Assembly: GCF_001194135.2 (NCBI RefSeq)
Contig: NC_068983.1
Location: forward strand, 160,502,156-160,541,630
Length of the DNA: 39,475 nucleotides
Source: Octopus bimaculoides
Lineage: Eukaryota
Direction of reading: 5' to 3'
Part shown: positions 1 to 11,914 of the stretch, one piece after another
How the letters are laid out: each line of letters starts with the position of its first letter
Numbering within the stretch: the first letter of the stretch is position 1
Made by a program: the position numbers and the translations under genes
Notes under the pieces: model-generated
Told to the model about the DNA's origin: nothing
The model's database searches: none
What the model saw: the letters and a program-made list of their open reading frames with translations, nothing else

Positions 1-5
1 ATATA

Positions 6-39
<34 letters not shown>

Positions 40-40
40 A

Positions 41-380
41 CTCAACTCAACTCAACTCCATTGGTCATGAATGACCACGGGTGCACCTAAGACGGTCCCT
101 TCTAGGGTACAAATCTGGGTGGAAAGTCGCCTCACAAACGAATACACAACCTAGGGTTGTTTTTATGGAAGACCAGCAGTCGCTCATGCATACCAGCCTC
201 CCCTTTCCACACTGCTGATGTTATCCAAGAGAAAGGCAAAGGCCGATACACCTTGAACTGAAGCAATGTGAAATAAAGTGTCTTGCTCAAGAACACAACA
301 TGCAGCCTGGTCCAGGACTCGAACTTTCAACCTCACGATCATAAGCTCAACACTCTAACCACTGAGCCATGCACCTTCAC
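41..380 (-). mobile_element. tRNA-derived SINE with (GTTGA)n-like tail
   Basis: Minus strand starts gtgaaggtgcatggctcagtggttagagtgttgagc (A-box-like) and continues gaaagttcgagtcc (B-box-like) and tgtgttcttgagcaagacactttatttcac; it ends in (ACTCA)n on plus next to the (TA)n at 1-40. Confidence 0.7.
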
Positions 381-383
<3 letters not shown>

Positions 384-474
<91 letters not shown>

Positions 475-500
475 TATATAATATACACACTCACATACAC
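384..500. repeat. (TA)n/(CA)n microsatellite
   Basis: Direct reading; explains the YIYI/HTHT ORFs at 283-555. Confidence 0.95.
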
Positions 501-663
501 ACATGTATATAGACATGCCGTGTACTTCATCTGGCATTTAGTAAAAGAGATTTAGTAAAAGAGATTTTGCATCCTGTCAAAGTCAACTTCACCTTTTAGC
601 TTCTCAGGAAAGGGTATGATAAAATAAATACCAGCTGAGTACTGAAACCAAATCTAATCAATG

Positions 664-697
<34 letters not shown>

Positions 698-904
698 CAC
701 AGATATATATACACACTTATCCTCACAAAATTAAAGACTTATACTTCTGTCAGAAGTTGTTACTTTATTGTTCATTTTCTATATTAAATATTAAATAAGT
801 ATCTTCGACATTGGTGGAGGAATATCAATACTAAGATTACAACACGATAAAAAAAAAGAATATTGAAAGTAATTTAAATTCCATACCAACTCCAGACAAT
901 ATGA

Positions 905-985
905 TTAATCATTATCATCATCATCATTATTTAACACCTGGCTTTCATGCTGGCATGGCATGAACAGTTTGACAGGATCTGACAT
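905..985 (-). mobile_element. Decayed RTE-type 3' tail fragment
   Basis: (CAT)n followed by tttaacacctggctttcatgctggcatgg, matching the other tail copies in the window. Confidence 0.55.
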
Positions 986-1296
986 GAAAATATTGATGGT
1001 CATGATGCTCGTGTTAATGATGATGATGACGATGACAAGGAGGAGGAGGAGGGGGAGGAGAAAATAAAAGGAGAGGAGAAAGAAAAAAGAAGGTAAATAA
1101 TAGTAAATAAAATAAATGAATGACTGAAAATGAGAAAAAATAAAAGTATAAGTTAATATTTTTTTACACTTCAGTATTGACTATTGGTATTTTGGGTTTC
1201 AAAACAGCTTTGCAAGTTGTTGATTAGTTTTATGCAAATCAGCTGCTGAGGCTAAATAAGGAGGTGTCCTGTAGCAACAACAGTAGCGGAGTAATG

Positions 1297-1334
<38 letters not shown>

Positions 1335-1539
1335 TCTGAGTTATATTTTTCCATTGAATAACTTACTCCTTATTTAATACTTCATATATCATAGGACACA
1401 AACGTATTTTTTGGGGGCTGTTAGTTTTCAAGTTTGTTTGCTTTAGGCCAAGTAAGTACTGGTCCTTGATTATTCAGTAATGATTTTAAATATCTAGCAA
1501 AACATGAACTTGCTAATGTTTGAAAGTCTCATTGCATTA

Positions 1540-2492
1540 GTAAACATCCACTTTCCATGCTGGCATAAGTTAGATAGTTTGACTGAAACTGGTAGGCCAG
1601 AGGGCTGCACCAGGTTCCAGTCTTATTTGATATGGTTTCTATGAGTGGATGCCCTTCCTAACGCCAACTACTCTAAGAGTGTAATGGATGCTTTTTACAT
1701 GTCATTTACATGACACTAGCAATGGCCACAACTATGATTTCATGGGTGCCATTTACATGACACTAGCAATGATTATGATTATAATTTCACTTGACTTGAG
1801 AAGTCTTCTCAAGCACAGCATATCGCCCAAGGTCTTGGTCAATTTTCATCGTTTTCATCACGCCCAACATTTGAAAATCATGCAACTGGTAACAACCATG
1901 ATTACAATCTCATGGGTGCCATTTACATGACACTGGCAATGGCCACAACTACGATTTCCCTTGGCTTGACAAGTCTTTTCAAACACAGCATATCACTTGT
2001 CATCAACTCCCTTAGGCCCAGCATTTGAAATCATGCTTCACCATCTCGTACCATGTCTTCGTGGGTCAACCACTTCCACAGGTTCTCTCCACATTTAGAG
2101 ATTGGCAGTTCTTTACATAGCTGCTCTTGTCCATATGCATCACATGACCATACCAGCACATTTGTCTCTCTTCTACACCACATTTGATGCTTCTTATGCC
2201 CAGTTTTTCTCTCAAGACATTTACACTCTGTCGTACAAGCACACTGACATTGCACATTTAGCGAAGTATACTGGCTTCATTTCTTTCATGCCTTTGTTTG
2301 TCCTCTGCAGTAACAGCTCATGTTTCACTGCCATGGAGCATGGCTGTTTGCACACAGGTATCACACAGTCTACCTTTCATTGTGAGAAAGAGGCCCTTTG
2401 TTACCAACAAAGGTAGAAGCTCTCTGAACTTTGCCCAGCCTATTCTTATTCTAGCAGCTACACTCTCAGAGCATCCACTTCTACTGCTGACT

Positions 2493-2493
<1 letters not shown>
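1540..2493 (-). mobile_element. 5'-truncated RTE-clade LINE (ORF2 C-terminus plus 3' UTR)
   Basis: Minus translation of 2493-2031: SGCSESVAARIRIGWAKFRELLPLLVTKG...MLHGSET*AVT...ERNEASILR*MCNVS...LREKLGIRSIKCGVEERQMCWYGHVMHMD, typical of the RTE RT C-terminus. The UTR carries ggatgcccttcctaacgccaac. Stops and frameshifts are present. Confidence 0.85.
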
Positions 2494-2549
<56 letters not shown>

Positions 2550-2550
<1 letters not shown>

Positions 2551-2775
2551 CATGTGTCTGTGTGTATTTGTTTCTTTGTGTATTTGTATTTGTTATCTAT
2601 CACTGCTTGACCATTCCATGCTGGATTACTTATGTCCCCATAACTTAACAGTTCAGCAAAAACTGAAAAAGAGACTGACTAAATAGGTACTTGACTTAGA
2701 GGGGAAAAAAGTAAGTATTGGTGTTCGATTTGTTTGAGTGAACCTTTCAAGGCAGTGTCCCGGAATTGGTGGGAA
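2550..2775 (+). mobile_element. 3' half of tRNA-derived SINE (family with a central microsatellite)
   Basis: Follows (TG)n; the segments ctgcttgac, atgtccccataactta and gcaaaa...gagac resemble the full copy at 38948-39370. Confidence 0.55.
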
Positions 2776-3034
2776 ATAGTTTCAAACATGACATTCTTCA
2801 ACTAAAGACAAACTAATATATAATAAATCTGCTTTGTGCTGTAAAAGATTTAAGCCAAAGCATCCACTAGCCTGGTATTTTTCTATAAATATAGATAATA
2901 TTATAACGAAATCCACCAACTTTAAACACAAGTATACCAGGATTTTTATGTAATGTGATTTTCCTAGTACTGCTTCTTACTAGCATAAATAAGATGGTAA
3001 TCTATTGTAGAGACTTGTTTATGATTTGTTGAAG

Positions 3035-3081
3035 AGATTCCCCCACACACACCCACACCCAGCTGAGTGCCCTTTCTAATG
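3035..3081 (+). CDS. Candidate short coding exon, unidentified gene
   Basis: Perfect donor G|gtaagt at 3081/3082; open frame DSPTHTHTQLSALSN(G), phase-compatible with the 3273 exon; the acceptor is weak. Confidence 0.2.
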
Positions 3082-3272
3082 GTAAGTACACAGGACCTAA
3101 ATACTTAAGTGCCAAAAACAGCACTTATTTTGGCTTAAGTTTCTTAAAGTAATTTAAGTGGTGCAATTTTCTTGGAAATATAAAGCAACAGTTGTTGTAG
3201 AGCTTGAAATTGTTATATTATAGCATATTATCTAACATTATAACCATAAAACTAAATTTGATATGCCTTCAG

Positions 3273-3415
3273 GAGCGAGATGGAACTCATATGTGCTGGG
3301 ACCTATCACCAGTTTCATAACAGTAAATGAATTAAAAGATAAATCTGCTGAGCGAAATGGGAATTTGTCACTGATAGCATTTGCAAAAGATTTGATACTT
3401 GTTCTCAGTAGCCAG
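3273..3415 (+). CDS. Candidate coding exon, unidentified gene
   Basis: Acceptor atgccttcag| and donor CAG|gtgaat enclose 143 nt with one open frame, (G)ARWNSYVLGPITSFITVNELKDKSAERNGNLSLIAFAKDLILVLSSQ. Non-repetitive; no family recognised. Confidence 0.4.
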
Positions 3416-3529
3416 GTGAATTAGCAAAAGTAGACTCCAGTGTATTATGCAAATATATAGTAAAATACCTGCAGTAGATGTGAATACAAGACCTATGAAT
3501 TTCCTGCATAATGTTATATGAATTTAGTA

Positions 3530-3725
3530 GAGCAGTGGACTGGCAGAGGGACAACCAGCAATGTTTTATTAAATCTCTTTGCATTCTGAGTTCAAATCCT
3601 GCTAAAGTTAACTTTATATTTCAACTTTCCAGGTATGATAAAGATGAGTACCTGTTAAGTACTGAGGTTCAGCTAATCAACCCTTTCCTCCCTCAAAATA
3701 GGTAACAATGTGCTTGCATTTGAAA
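3530..3725 (+). mobile_element. Decayed SINE (7690-type family)
   Basis: ctggcaga...tctgagttcaaatcctgctaaagttaacttt...gataaagatgagtacc matches the 7690 copy. Confidence 0.6.
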
Positions 3726-4813
3726 TCAGTTTTGTATTCACTTACGTATTTTGTTCTAATGCTAAAGTAACGACAGTTTTTAATCTTTGTATCATAAACT
3801 CACATTTAATTAGTGAATCTATTGGAAATATTACTTTAACAGCTTGATCTTGTAAAATGTATTTCTTTTAAATGCATACCTTTGTTTTTAACAATTCGTG
3901 TAAGTCAGAGTATCATTTCGTTTCATAGAACTTATATCATTATGGCATTAAAGAGATTAGAAGTGAATGTAAGAAAGTTGTAGTTTACAAATGCAGCGAA
4001 AATACGTTTCAAACTTTTTATAGTTTATAATAATGAGCTTAACGTAAACAGTGTTCAAGTGAACTATAACTTGTCACAAAAGCATAGAAGAAGAAACAGA
4101 AAGCAACGATAAGTAAAGACAGGCAGTAAAGATAATAAATAAACGCAGCTGCTGTACAAAGAATAGAATACAAAAAGACAGAAGAGAGAACAGCAGAAGA
4201 GCCACAAAGAGAAAAGGGTTGCATAGACACATCAGAAGTAGTTTTGGTGAATTTGAGGAAGCATGGAATTTTTGAAAGGTGCATTGTCCTGACAGCTAAC
4301 AACCAGTATGGATGACTTATTATTCCATGCTTTAAACAATTCTTTTAAAATCATTTGTATTGTGTTGTTGTTGTTTTATTTTTGGTTGCTTTTTATCGCC
4401 AAAGTCATTGTGGGAAAAGTGATGGATAATCTTATGGGCTTCTACAAGTTGAAGTTTTAGTGTGCCAATATTTGGAAAAGTAAGGCATTCAAGATATGGT
4501 AAGTGGCTGAGGAAAGGTATCGGTCTGGTTGCATGTCAAAGGACAGTTTCCAGGAGATCAATATTTTGGGCAAAGGGGTGTTCAAAACTGGAAATACAAA
4601 CTATAAGTGTACATGTGGCATAGCCATATATTGCTTTAAATAGATAGCCAGTGAGCAGCTGAAAAAATTGTATTCAAATCATAAAATACAAAACATGAAG
4701 CTCATTGCAGACTCTTAATAAATTCAATTGATAATACATTATTTTTATTTGCAAACATAAAGTTTGAGGCTACATAAACAATGGTACTATGCTGTAATCC
4801 TTTAAAAAGTATA

Positions 4814-5225
4814 TCATCATCATCATCATCATCATCGTTTAACGTCCGCTTTCCATGCTAGCATGGGTTGGACGATTTGACTGAGGACTGGTGAAACCGA
4901 ATGGCAACACCAGGCTCCAATCTAATTTGGCAGAGTTTCTACAGTTGGATGCCCTTCCTAACGCCAACCACTCAGAGAGTGTAGTGGGTGCTTTTACGTG
5001 TCACCCGCACGAAAACGGCCACGCTCGAAATGGTGTCTTTTATGTGCCACCCGCACAAGAGCCAGTCCAGGGGCACTGGCAACGATCTCGCTCGAAAACC
5101 CTACAAGGCCAGTCAGGCGGTACTGGCAACAGTCACGCTCAAGATGGTACATCTTATGTGCCACCTGCACAAGAGCCAGTCCAGGGGCACTGGCAACGAT
5201 CTCACTTGGCTTGCCGGGTCTTAAA
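4814..5225 (-). mobile_element. Young RTE-tail element (SINE-like or LINE 3' UTR) with internal duplication
   Basis: (CAT)n, then gtttaacgtccgctttccatgctagcatgggttggacg...ggatgcccttcctaacgccaacc; about 98% identical to the reverse complement of 36193-36412. Confidence 0.85.
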
Positions 5226-5289
5226 CTTTTGTATTATAAAGACAGTTGTGGCAAGCATCAGTCCCAGACAGGTAATACAAATTTCTGAC

Positions 5290-5470
5290 AGAGACACAAG
5301 GTCTTAAATTTGATGGGGAATGGAACAATCAATTATATTAACCCCAGTACTTAAGTGGTATGTACATTATTTTATTACACCTGAAAGGCTGAAAAGCAAA
5401 GTTGACCACAGTGGAATTTGAATTCAGATCAGAAGGAGTTAGAACATTGTTTCTGCCAATTCAGCACCTA
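5290..5470 (-). mobile_element. Decayed SINE (7690-type family)
   Basis: accccagtac...gaaaggctgaaaagcaaagttgaccacagtggaatttgaattcag is the reverse complement of the family core. Confidence 0.65.
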
Positions 5471-5759
5471 CTCAGACTGATATAATACACATTTATTGAT
5501 AACACATTTAAATAAACATATCATAAGACTTACATGTGGATAGAAAGTCTCATACTTGATAGCATAGCAGACATTGTTATATACATGATTTGTAAACCGA
5601 AGCTTTTCTTAAAATCTTAATCAGTTATGAGATTTTTCTGATTTAATACAAATTGAATTAACAGTTCTCAATAATACTCAATAAATCTAAGGCTATGTAC
5701 AGCGGTGACACAAAATTCTTGTGATATTTAAAACTACTGTGTTCAGCATCATGAAGATA

Positions 5760-5914
5760 TGAAGAGGTGCTGAAAAGTTCCTGGCTTTAAGGTATCATGA
5801 AAGCCTGGTTAGAGACCCAACCTTCCAAGTTCCTTTACAGAGCTCAGGAAAACTAAAGGAATGCTCCAATGAGTGTGCGAACCCAAAGCCAGGAACTTTT
5901 CAGCACCCACCTCA
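5760..5914. mobile_element. Mariner-type MITE or internally deleted element
   Basis: TIRs of about 29 bp: tgaagaggtgctgaaaagttcctggcttt (5760-5788) and aaagccaggaacttttcagcacccacctca (5885-5914); flanked by TA on both sides. Confidence 0.8.
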
Positions 5915-6239
5915 TATATTCACACTAATAAAACACTGGTGTTTGTGTTGTATACAGAAGACGAAATTTCATTAATACAGAAAACAACAGTGAACTATAA
6001 ATTAACTATAGGTGATACCCTTGGTTTTGAATATTGTTCAATTAAACAATAACATAAATTTTGAGATAACTCAGACTAAAGACAGCTTAAAATTACTTTT
6101 AAACTTTGAAACAGAATAGAATGAAAATACTAATATGTAAATAAACTATAAATACTGATTATTGATCAAAATATATAAACTGGTATTTAAATGACAGGGT
6201 TAGAATTTAGATACTTAAAAAAAAAATAGTTTCTAATTT

Positions 6240-6430
6240 AAGCACTAGACTGGCAATTTTTCAGGAAGGGGTTATTCAATGTCATCAACCCAAGTACTTG
6301 ATGGCTACTTTATTTTATCGATCTTGAAAGGTTGAAAAACAAAGTTGATCTCAGCAGGATTTGAACGCAGCATGTAAATAAATGGAATAAATACCACATA
6401 GCATTTTTTTAAAATATTTTAACAATTCTG
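6240..6430 (-). mobile_element. Decayed SINE (7690-type family)
   Basis: aaccc..agtact...ttttatcgatcttgaaaggttgaaaaacaaagttgatctcagcaggatttgaac. Confidence 0.6.
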
Positions 6431-7264
6431 CAACCTTGATGCAATTACTAGCCACACTATAATTAAAGGATTCATTAAAATAGTATGACATACAAACATC
6501 TTATTGATTCTGGAGTGTAAAGGATAAGAACTAATGGTAAAAGTAATATTCATGAAGAGATTGTTCCCCATACTTTCCCCAGTTAAGACTAGGTGGGAGT
6601 TCTAGCAAATATAGATTAAGAAATATAAATAGTTGTTCCTAAAATTCATGATTAGTTGAAAATAAATACGAACATAATGATTTTATCTTAAACGTATTTC
6701 TTTCAGAAAATTGCATTTAGTCCTTCAGAAGAGCACAAGTTTCTCACCTCCAATCCCAAAAACTTTGCAATGCAAAAGTAACAACTTGATCCAAAATCAC
6801 AGTCTTGTCACAATAGTTTCGATGTAATGCAATACAATGTTAAAATAGCAACGTAATCCAAAATCACTGACAAAATGTATTTTCTTTTCAAATGCGAGTA
6901 AGATTTATTTTTCAGAACCTGACATTTAAGACATTTGGAGAAGCTGGGCTGCCAGCCATGACACTCTTGACTTCTTTGATGACTCAACTGACAGATATGA
7001 CTTATGAGAGGTGCACATGGCTACTCTGGCATTCCAGCCTTACAATTGTTCTTGTAATGTTGAAAATGACATGGGCTGATTCCACTGTTAATTAGAAAAT
7101 TCTAATCCTTTATTTAAATTTTCATGCAAAACACAACCATATGATGATAATTTTTATCTGAGAAACATCATATCATGACACTGTAATTAGTTCTATGCAA
7201 TGCACTATGAAAATAGTAATTTAATTTACAAGCCCTCTCAGTAGAATGAAGACAGAGTTGTATA

Positions 7265-7490
7265 AACTATTGGTTCCAAGTTTTGGTACAAGTCCAGTAA
7301 TTTTAGGGAAGAGGGTATGTTGATTACATCGATTCCAGTCTTCAACAAGTACCTGTTTTATTGACCCCTAAAGGATGAAAGGCTAAGTCAACCTCAGTGG
7401 GATTTGAACTCAGAGCATAAAGACGGATGAGATGCCTTAGAGCATTTTTCCCTGCAGGCTAATGATGTTGCTAGCTCACCACTGTCTTAG
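7265..7490 (-). mobile_element. SINE (7690-type family), moderately decayed
   Basis: ttgacccctaaaggatgaaaggctaagtcaacctcagtgggatttgaactcagagc is the reverse complement of the family core. Confidence 0.75.
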
Positions 7491-7689
7491 AGTAGCACAA
7501 AATGTTAATGTTATTTATCACTACTACAACAGAAATCATATCAATATATTTGAATTAATACTTAAAAATTTTTTTCAACAAACATAATTGGATCCTAAGA
7601 AGAGACGTTACTTTGTCACAATATGCAAAAATTAAGTGAATCACATGTAGCTGATTGACTGGGCTGCTGGAAATAAACTGGTGTGATAA

Positions 7690-7920
7690 GGCGGCGCGCT
7701 GGCAGAATCGTTAGCATGCCGGGCAAAATGCTTAGCGGTATTTCGTCTGCCGTTACGTTCTGAGTTCAAATTCCGCCAAGGTCGACTTTGCCTTTCATCC
7801 TTTCGGGGTCAATAAATTAAGTACCAGTTACTCACTGGGGTCGATGCAATTGACTTAATCTCTTTGTCTGTCCTTGTTTGTCCCTTCTATGTTTAGCTCC
7901 TTGTGGGCAATAAAGAAACA
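7690..7920 (+). mobile_element. Full-length young tRNA-derived SINE with 19-bp TSD
   Basis: ggcggcgcgctggcagaatcgttagc...ctgagttcaaattcc...gtcgactttgcctttcatcctttcggggtc; TSD ggaaataaactgg(t/g)gtgat at 7669-7687 and 7921-7939. Confidence 0.9.
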
Positions 7921-8333
7921 GGAAATAAACTGGGGTGATCTGAGAGTCTCAAGTCAAATCGAATCATGTACCATGATGAGCCTCAGGTCATATCATATCA
8001 TGTACTTATCCTCAGCTGTCATTTTTCAGTAACTCCTTGACCCTAGTCTCTTAAGTCAGAAAGAAACTAACTTAAGTCAAGTAATTTTCCATACTACAGA
8101 GTTAAATAATGAAATTCCTGGCATTTCTTAAGGTCTTACCCTCATTCCCACCTAAAAGCTTGATCAAAAGTGAGGCAACTGACTTGACATCCACCTCCAT
8201 TAGACATTCATGATCAAAGTATCATTCTGTTTTTTTTTTGTTTTTTTTTGGTCAGGAAAGCAGTATTCTGTATAACATCACAGAAGTTGACTTATTTACC
8301 ACATATTTTTGTTCATGAATATGTATTCCTTAG

Positions 8334-8386
8334 GAAGCTTCAGATTTATGCAGGAAGGACTAGGAATTAATGTTCATCTCATAAAG
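8334..8386 (+). CDS. Candidate short coding exon
   Basis: tattccttag| ... AAG|gtaaca; open frame SFRFMQEGLGINVHLIK. Short enough to arise by chance. Confidence 0.2.
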
Positions 8387-10155
8387 GTAACATCAACAAG
8401 GAACTTCAACCAAACTGTTTATTAGAGCTTCCTTTTGCCTTACAATGCTTACTTCTTGGTTTGTGAATATTAGTAAATTCAATACACAATAGTTTTTATT
8501 AGCAAAACATATTTCTTCAATATTATCTACTAATTAGTGTAGCTTTTAGTGTGAAAGAAAATCAAATATTCTGCAGCAACAGCGTAATATGTACAAAGAT
8601 AGTTAAAATGTAATTAATAACTAGATCTACAGTGAATGCAGCAAGAGCTGCAGAGTAAGCAATAAAAGTGTGAAGGCTGTCAGAACAGTAATAATAACAC
8701 CATTAATTACAACAAATTACAAAAGCAATACTGTCAACGAAAATTTGGAAACAAAGAGGCAAGTGTGTAACAATAATGCGACTAAAGTTATTAGCTGACT
8801 GCATTGTTATAATGTCACATATAATGGTAGTAATTCTCTCATAAACAATATTACATTGTTACACTAAATAATGCAAAAATTGTCATTAAATGAAACAGAT
8901 GGTCAAACAATTTTAATTTCCTTAAGAATTTCCTCTTTCTACAAGAAAGAGACGTGACAATGACATTATCTCAGTGATAGATCAGCTTCTGAGGGTTATA
9001 TTAGAGTAATGGTGTTCAAAAGCTTTTCACAATGTTCTATGATCTATAATTGTAGTATTTTCATAGCCTTGTTGCATGCAATTCAGGTTTGTTGTGAATA
9101 GTGGAAATAGGAAGGAATTTGAAATGTATTAATAGATGTTATGCCTCATAATTGTATCAAAATAATTCTTGACTAATTTAATAAACCAAACTTTTTGAGT
9201 AATTTAAAAAAACTAGGTTTTAAAACTCTCTTCAATTTCATGTAAATGAAAGCCTTAATTATTTTCATGACATCTATTGAGTATACTGTAAGCCTACTGT
9301 TCTGGGTAAATTTTAAATTGATTGCATTAAACCAATATTTTTTGTTAAGTTATTAAGGAGACAATGGCCACAGCCTTGATAATTTTTTGTGCCCCACTAA
9401 ACTGGTGAGACTGATGTAATATATGTACAGCTTGAATATCTGCAGGTCAATATCTGCAATGAAATATGTTAGGGAGGAAAAAAGAGGCCTGATTTGAATA
9501 CCTTCAAAAGAGTTTACTCTGAAGGTACCCAAAGACCAGTTAAACAGCATGTCACGCCTATTATTTAAGTGTAAAGCATATCAACCTATTACCCAATAAA
9601 ATAGGTTATAGTATGTTACTAGCGCATATTTTATTAAACCCAAAATGATAACAGACAAAATCAATTCTAGTTAAGTCAGCTAGATTTTGAGCTTATTGTC
9701 TGGGTTGGTGAAACTAAGCACTATAATATATTTAGCGCAGTAATTTATTTTTGCTAGCTTGCAAGATTGACCTGTTTTAACTAGAAATCTATATTCACAG
9801 TGAATCCAACTCTTTAATGTGAGCCTCTCCACAGAGGCTAAGATGTAGGAATATACCGCTCTTAGATTTGACAAGAATAGTAATGGAAAGCTTTGCTAGT
9901 GCTTGAGAACTGCTTTTCTCTGGCAGTTGTCCTGTTTTTTTGTTTGGCTGTTTTTTTTAAGCTTCATATTACAAATACAATAAAAGATATCCCAAATTAT
10001 TACAAATGGCTGAAGATTACTGTTTGAATTACACACACACACAACCTTCCCAGCCTCTAACTCTTACGGAAATATTGGATAGGTACTATCCCTTATTAGT
10101 TGGTTGGCTTCCCAACCGCTAACTCTCACGGAAATATACCTACATACATACATAT

Positions 10156-10317
10156 CATCATCATCATCATCATCATCGTTTAACGTCCGCTTTCTATGCT
10201 AGCATGGGTTGGACGACTTGACTGAGGATTGGTGAAACCGGATGGCAACACCAGGCTCCAATCTAATTTGGCAGAGTTTCTACAGCTGGATGCCCTTCCT
10301 AATGCCAACCACTCAGA
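10156..10317 (-). mobile_element. RTE-tail element, cut by an assembly gap
   Basis: (CAT)n gtttaacgtccgctttctatgctagcatggg..., near-identical to the 4814 copy. Confidence 0.85.
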
Positions 10318-10322
10318 TATAT

Positions 10323-10770
10323 NNNNNNNNNNNNNNNNNNNNNNNNNNNNNNNNNNNNNNNNNNNNNNNNNNNNNNNNNNNNNNNNNNNNNNNNNNNNNN
10401 NNNNNNNNNNNNNNNNNNNNNNNNNNNNNNNNNNNNNNNNNNNNNNNNNNNNNNNNNNNNNNNNNNNNNNNNNNNNNNNNNNNNNNNNNNNNNNNNNNNN
10501 NNNNNNNNNNNNNNNNNNNNNNNNNNNNNNNNNNNNNNNNNNNNNNNNNNNNNNNNNNNNNNNNNNNNNNNNNNNNNNNNNNNNNNNNNNNNNNNNNNNN
10601 NNNNNNNNNNNNNNNNNNNNNNNNNNNNNNNNNNNNNNNNNNNNNNNNNNNNNNNNNNNNNNNNNNNNNNNNNNNNNNNNNNNNNNNNNNNNNNNNNNNN
10701 NNNNNNNNNNNNNNNNNNNNNNNNNNNNNNNNNNNNNNNNNNNNNNNNNNNNNNNNNNNNNNNNNNNNNN
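10323..10770. other. Assembly gap (N run)
   Basis: Run of N, followed by (TG)n. Confidence 1.
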
Positions 10771-10818
<48 letters not shown>

Positions 10819-10837
10819 TGTGTGTGTGTGCATGTGT

Positions 10838-11910
10838 ATCATCATCAACTGCATCATCATCATTTAATGTCCATCTTCCATGCAGGCATGGACTGGACAA
10901 TTTGACAGGAACTGGTGAGCCAGAGGACTGCAGCAAGTACCACTGTCTGCTTTGGTATGGTTTCTATGGCTGGATGACCTTCCTAATGCCAACCACTTTA
11001 CAGAGTGGACTGGCTGTTTTTACACAGCAACTGTACCATTCAGTCACCTAGTAACATGCAAGACAAAGATCTTTCAACTGAGAGGGTGAGTAGTATTGAA
11101 GTGGCTTTGTACCAGGCGATGGGAAGTTAGAGTATAAGAGAAGGTTAGAAACAGGTATTCCAGCTGTGTAGAGAGATAGAGAGAGGGAGAGAGGGATGGA
11201 GGGAAAGAGGGAAAATGAGAGAGATGGAAGTAATGTACCAGAGCATACAATCAAGGTACAAGGAGGTGAATATAAATGAATTGCTAGAGAATTGCCGGGG
11301 TGGGGGCATGAGCAGGAAGTTCTCAAAAGTGCAAAGGGGGAAAGAGGAGAAAGTGAAGTGAGTAGTGAAACATGGATATAAAGGGCTGAAGTAACAGGAT
11401 AGCAACAATAGAGATGGCAGAGAGAGAGGAGAGGAGAAAAAAAGGACAAAGCAGTGCAGGGGTGCAGTGACAAGGAGGGAGAGATAAGCATATTGCATGA
11501 AGAAGAGATGTAGTTTGGTTCATTGAGGTAGAGCGTGTAAATTAATGTTATGTGTAGGTGAAATACACAGTACTTCCAAGACTCAGGTTCACTGATATGG
11601 GTGTGTCTTCTCAAGAACCTCATATTGCCAGACATCTCAGTCCATTGTCACTTCCACTTTGAGGGCCAACATGTTGAGATCAGCCCTCACTACTTCATCC
11701 CACATCTTTCTGTGTCTCCCTCTTGTACAGATGTCATACAATTTGAGCAATTGCATATTTTTGTGCAACTGTCTTCATTCATAGGTATTCGCATGTCCAA
11801 ACCGTCATAGACTTCTCTGTTGCATGTTACATCTGATTCCTCAGAGGCCCAACTTTCTCTCAGCACATTTGTGCTTTGTCATACATGCACACTAATGTTG
11901 AACATCAATC
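10838..11910 (-). mobile_element. 5'-truncated RTE LINE with a long purine-rich 3' UTR
   Basis: Minus strand of 11600-11910 encodes a decayed RTE C-terminus (RGRHRKMWDEVVRADLNMLALKVEVTMD*DVWQ); (CAT)n tail and ggatgaccttcctaatgccaacc at about 10840-11000. Confidence 0.75.
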
Positions 11911-11914
11911 GGTT

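Noticed and set aside
283-555. YIYI/HTHT/CVCV ORFs here and at 2298, 2492, 27735-28355, 30891-31191, 31883-32214, 36536, 37190 and 38785-39020
   Set aside because: Stop-free translations of dinucleotide or tetranucleotide microsatellites.
4140-4315. Protein-like stretch NAAAVQRIEYKKTEERTAEE...NNQYG*
   Set aside because: No start codon, convincing splice sites or recognisable family; purine-rich composition explains the open frame.
4891-5307. Recurrent peptide MKPNGNTRLQSNLAEFLQLDALPNANHSESVVG (also 10229, 33294, 36145)
   Set aside because: Antisense translation of the non-coding RTE-type tail repeat, not a gene family.
6707-7095. Possible exons KIAFSPSEEHKF... and NLTFKTFGEAGLPAMTLL...
   Set aside because: Acceptors exist but donors are weak and frames ambiguous; cannot be separated from chance.
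9359-9524. Possible small exons (GDNGHSLDNFLCPTKL; GGKKRPDLNTFKRVYSE)
   Set aside because: Very short with poor acceptors; expected by chance.
10180-10936. Long ORFs of about 200 aa containing X runs (also 12283-12915)
   Set aside because: Artefacts of reading through N gaps.
11048-11635. 195-aa Ser/Leu/Pro-rich minus-strand ORF (also 23187-23504)
   Set aside because: Translation of purine/pyrimidine-skewed retroelement 3' UTRs.
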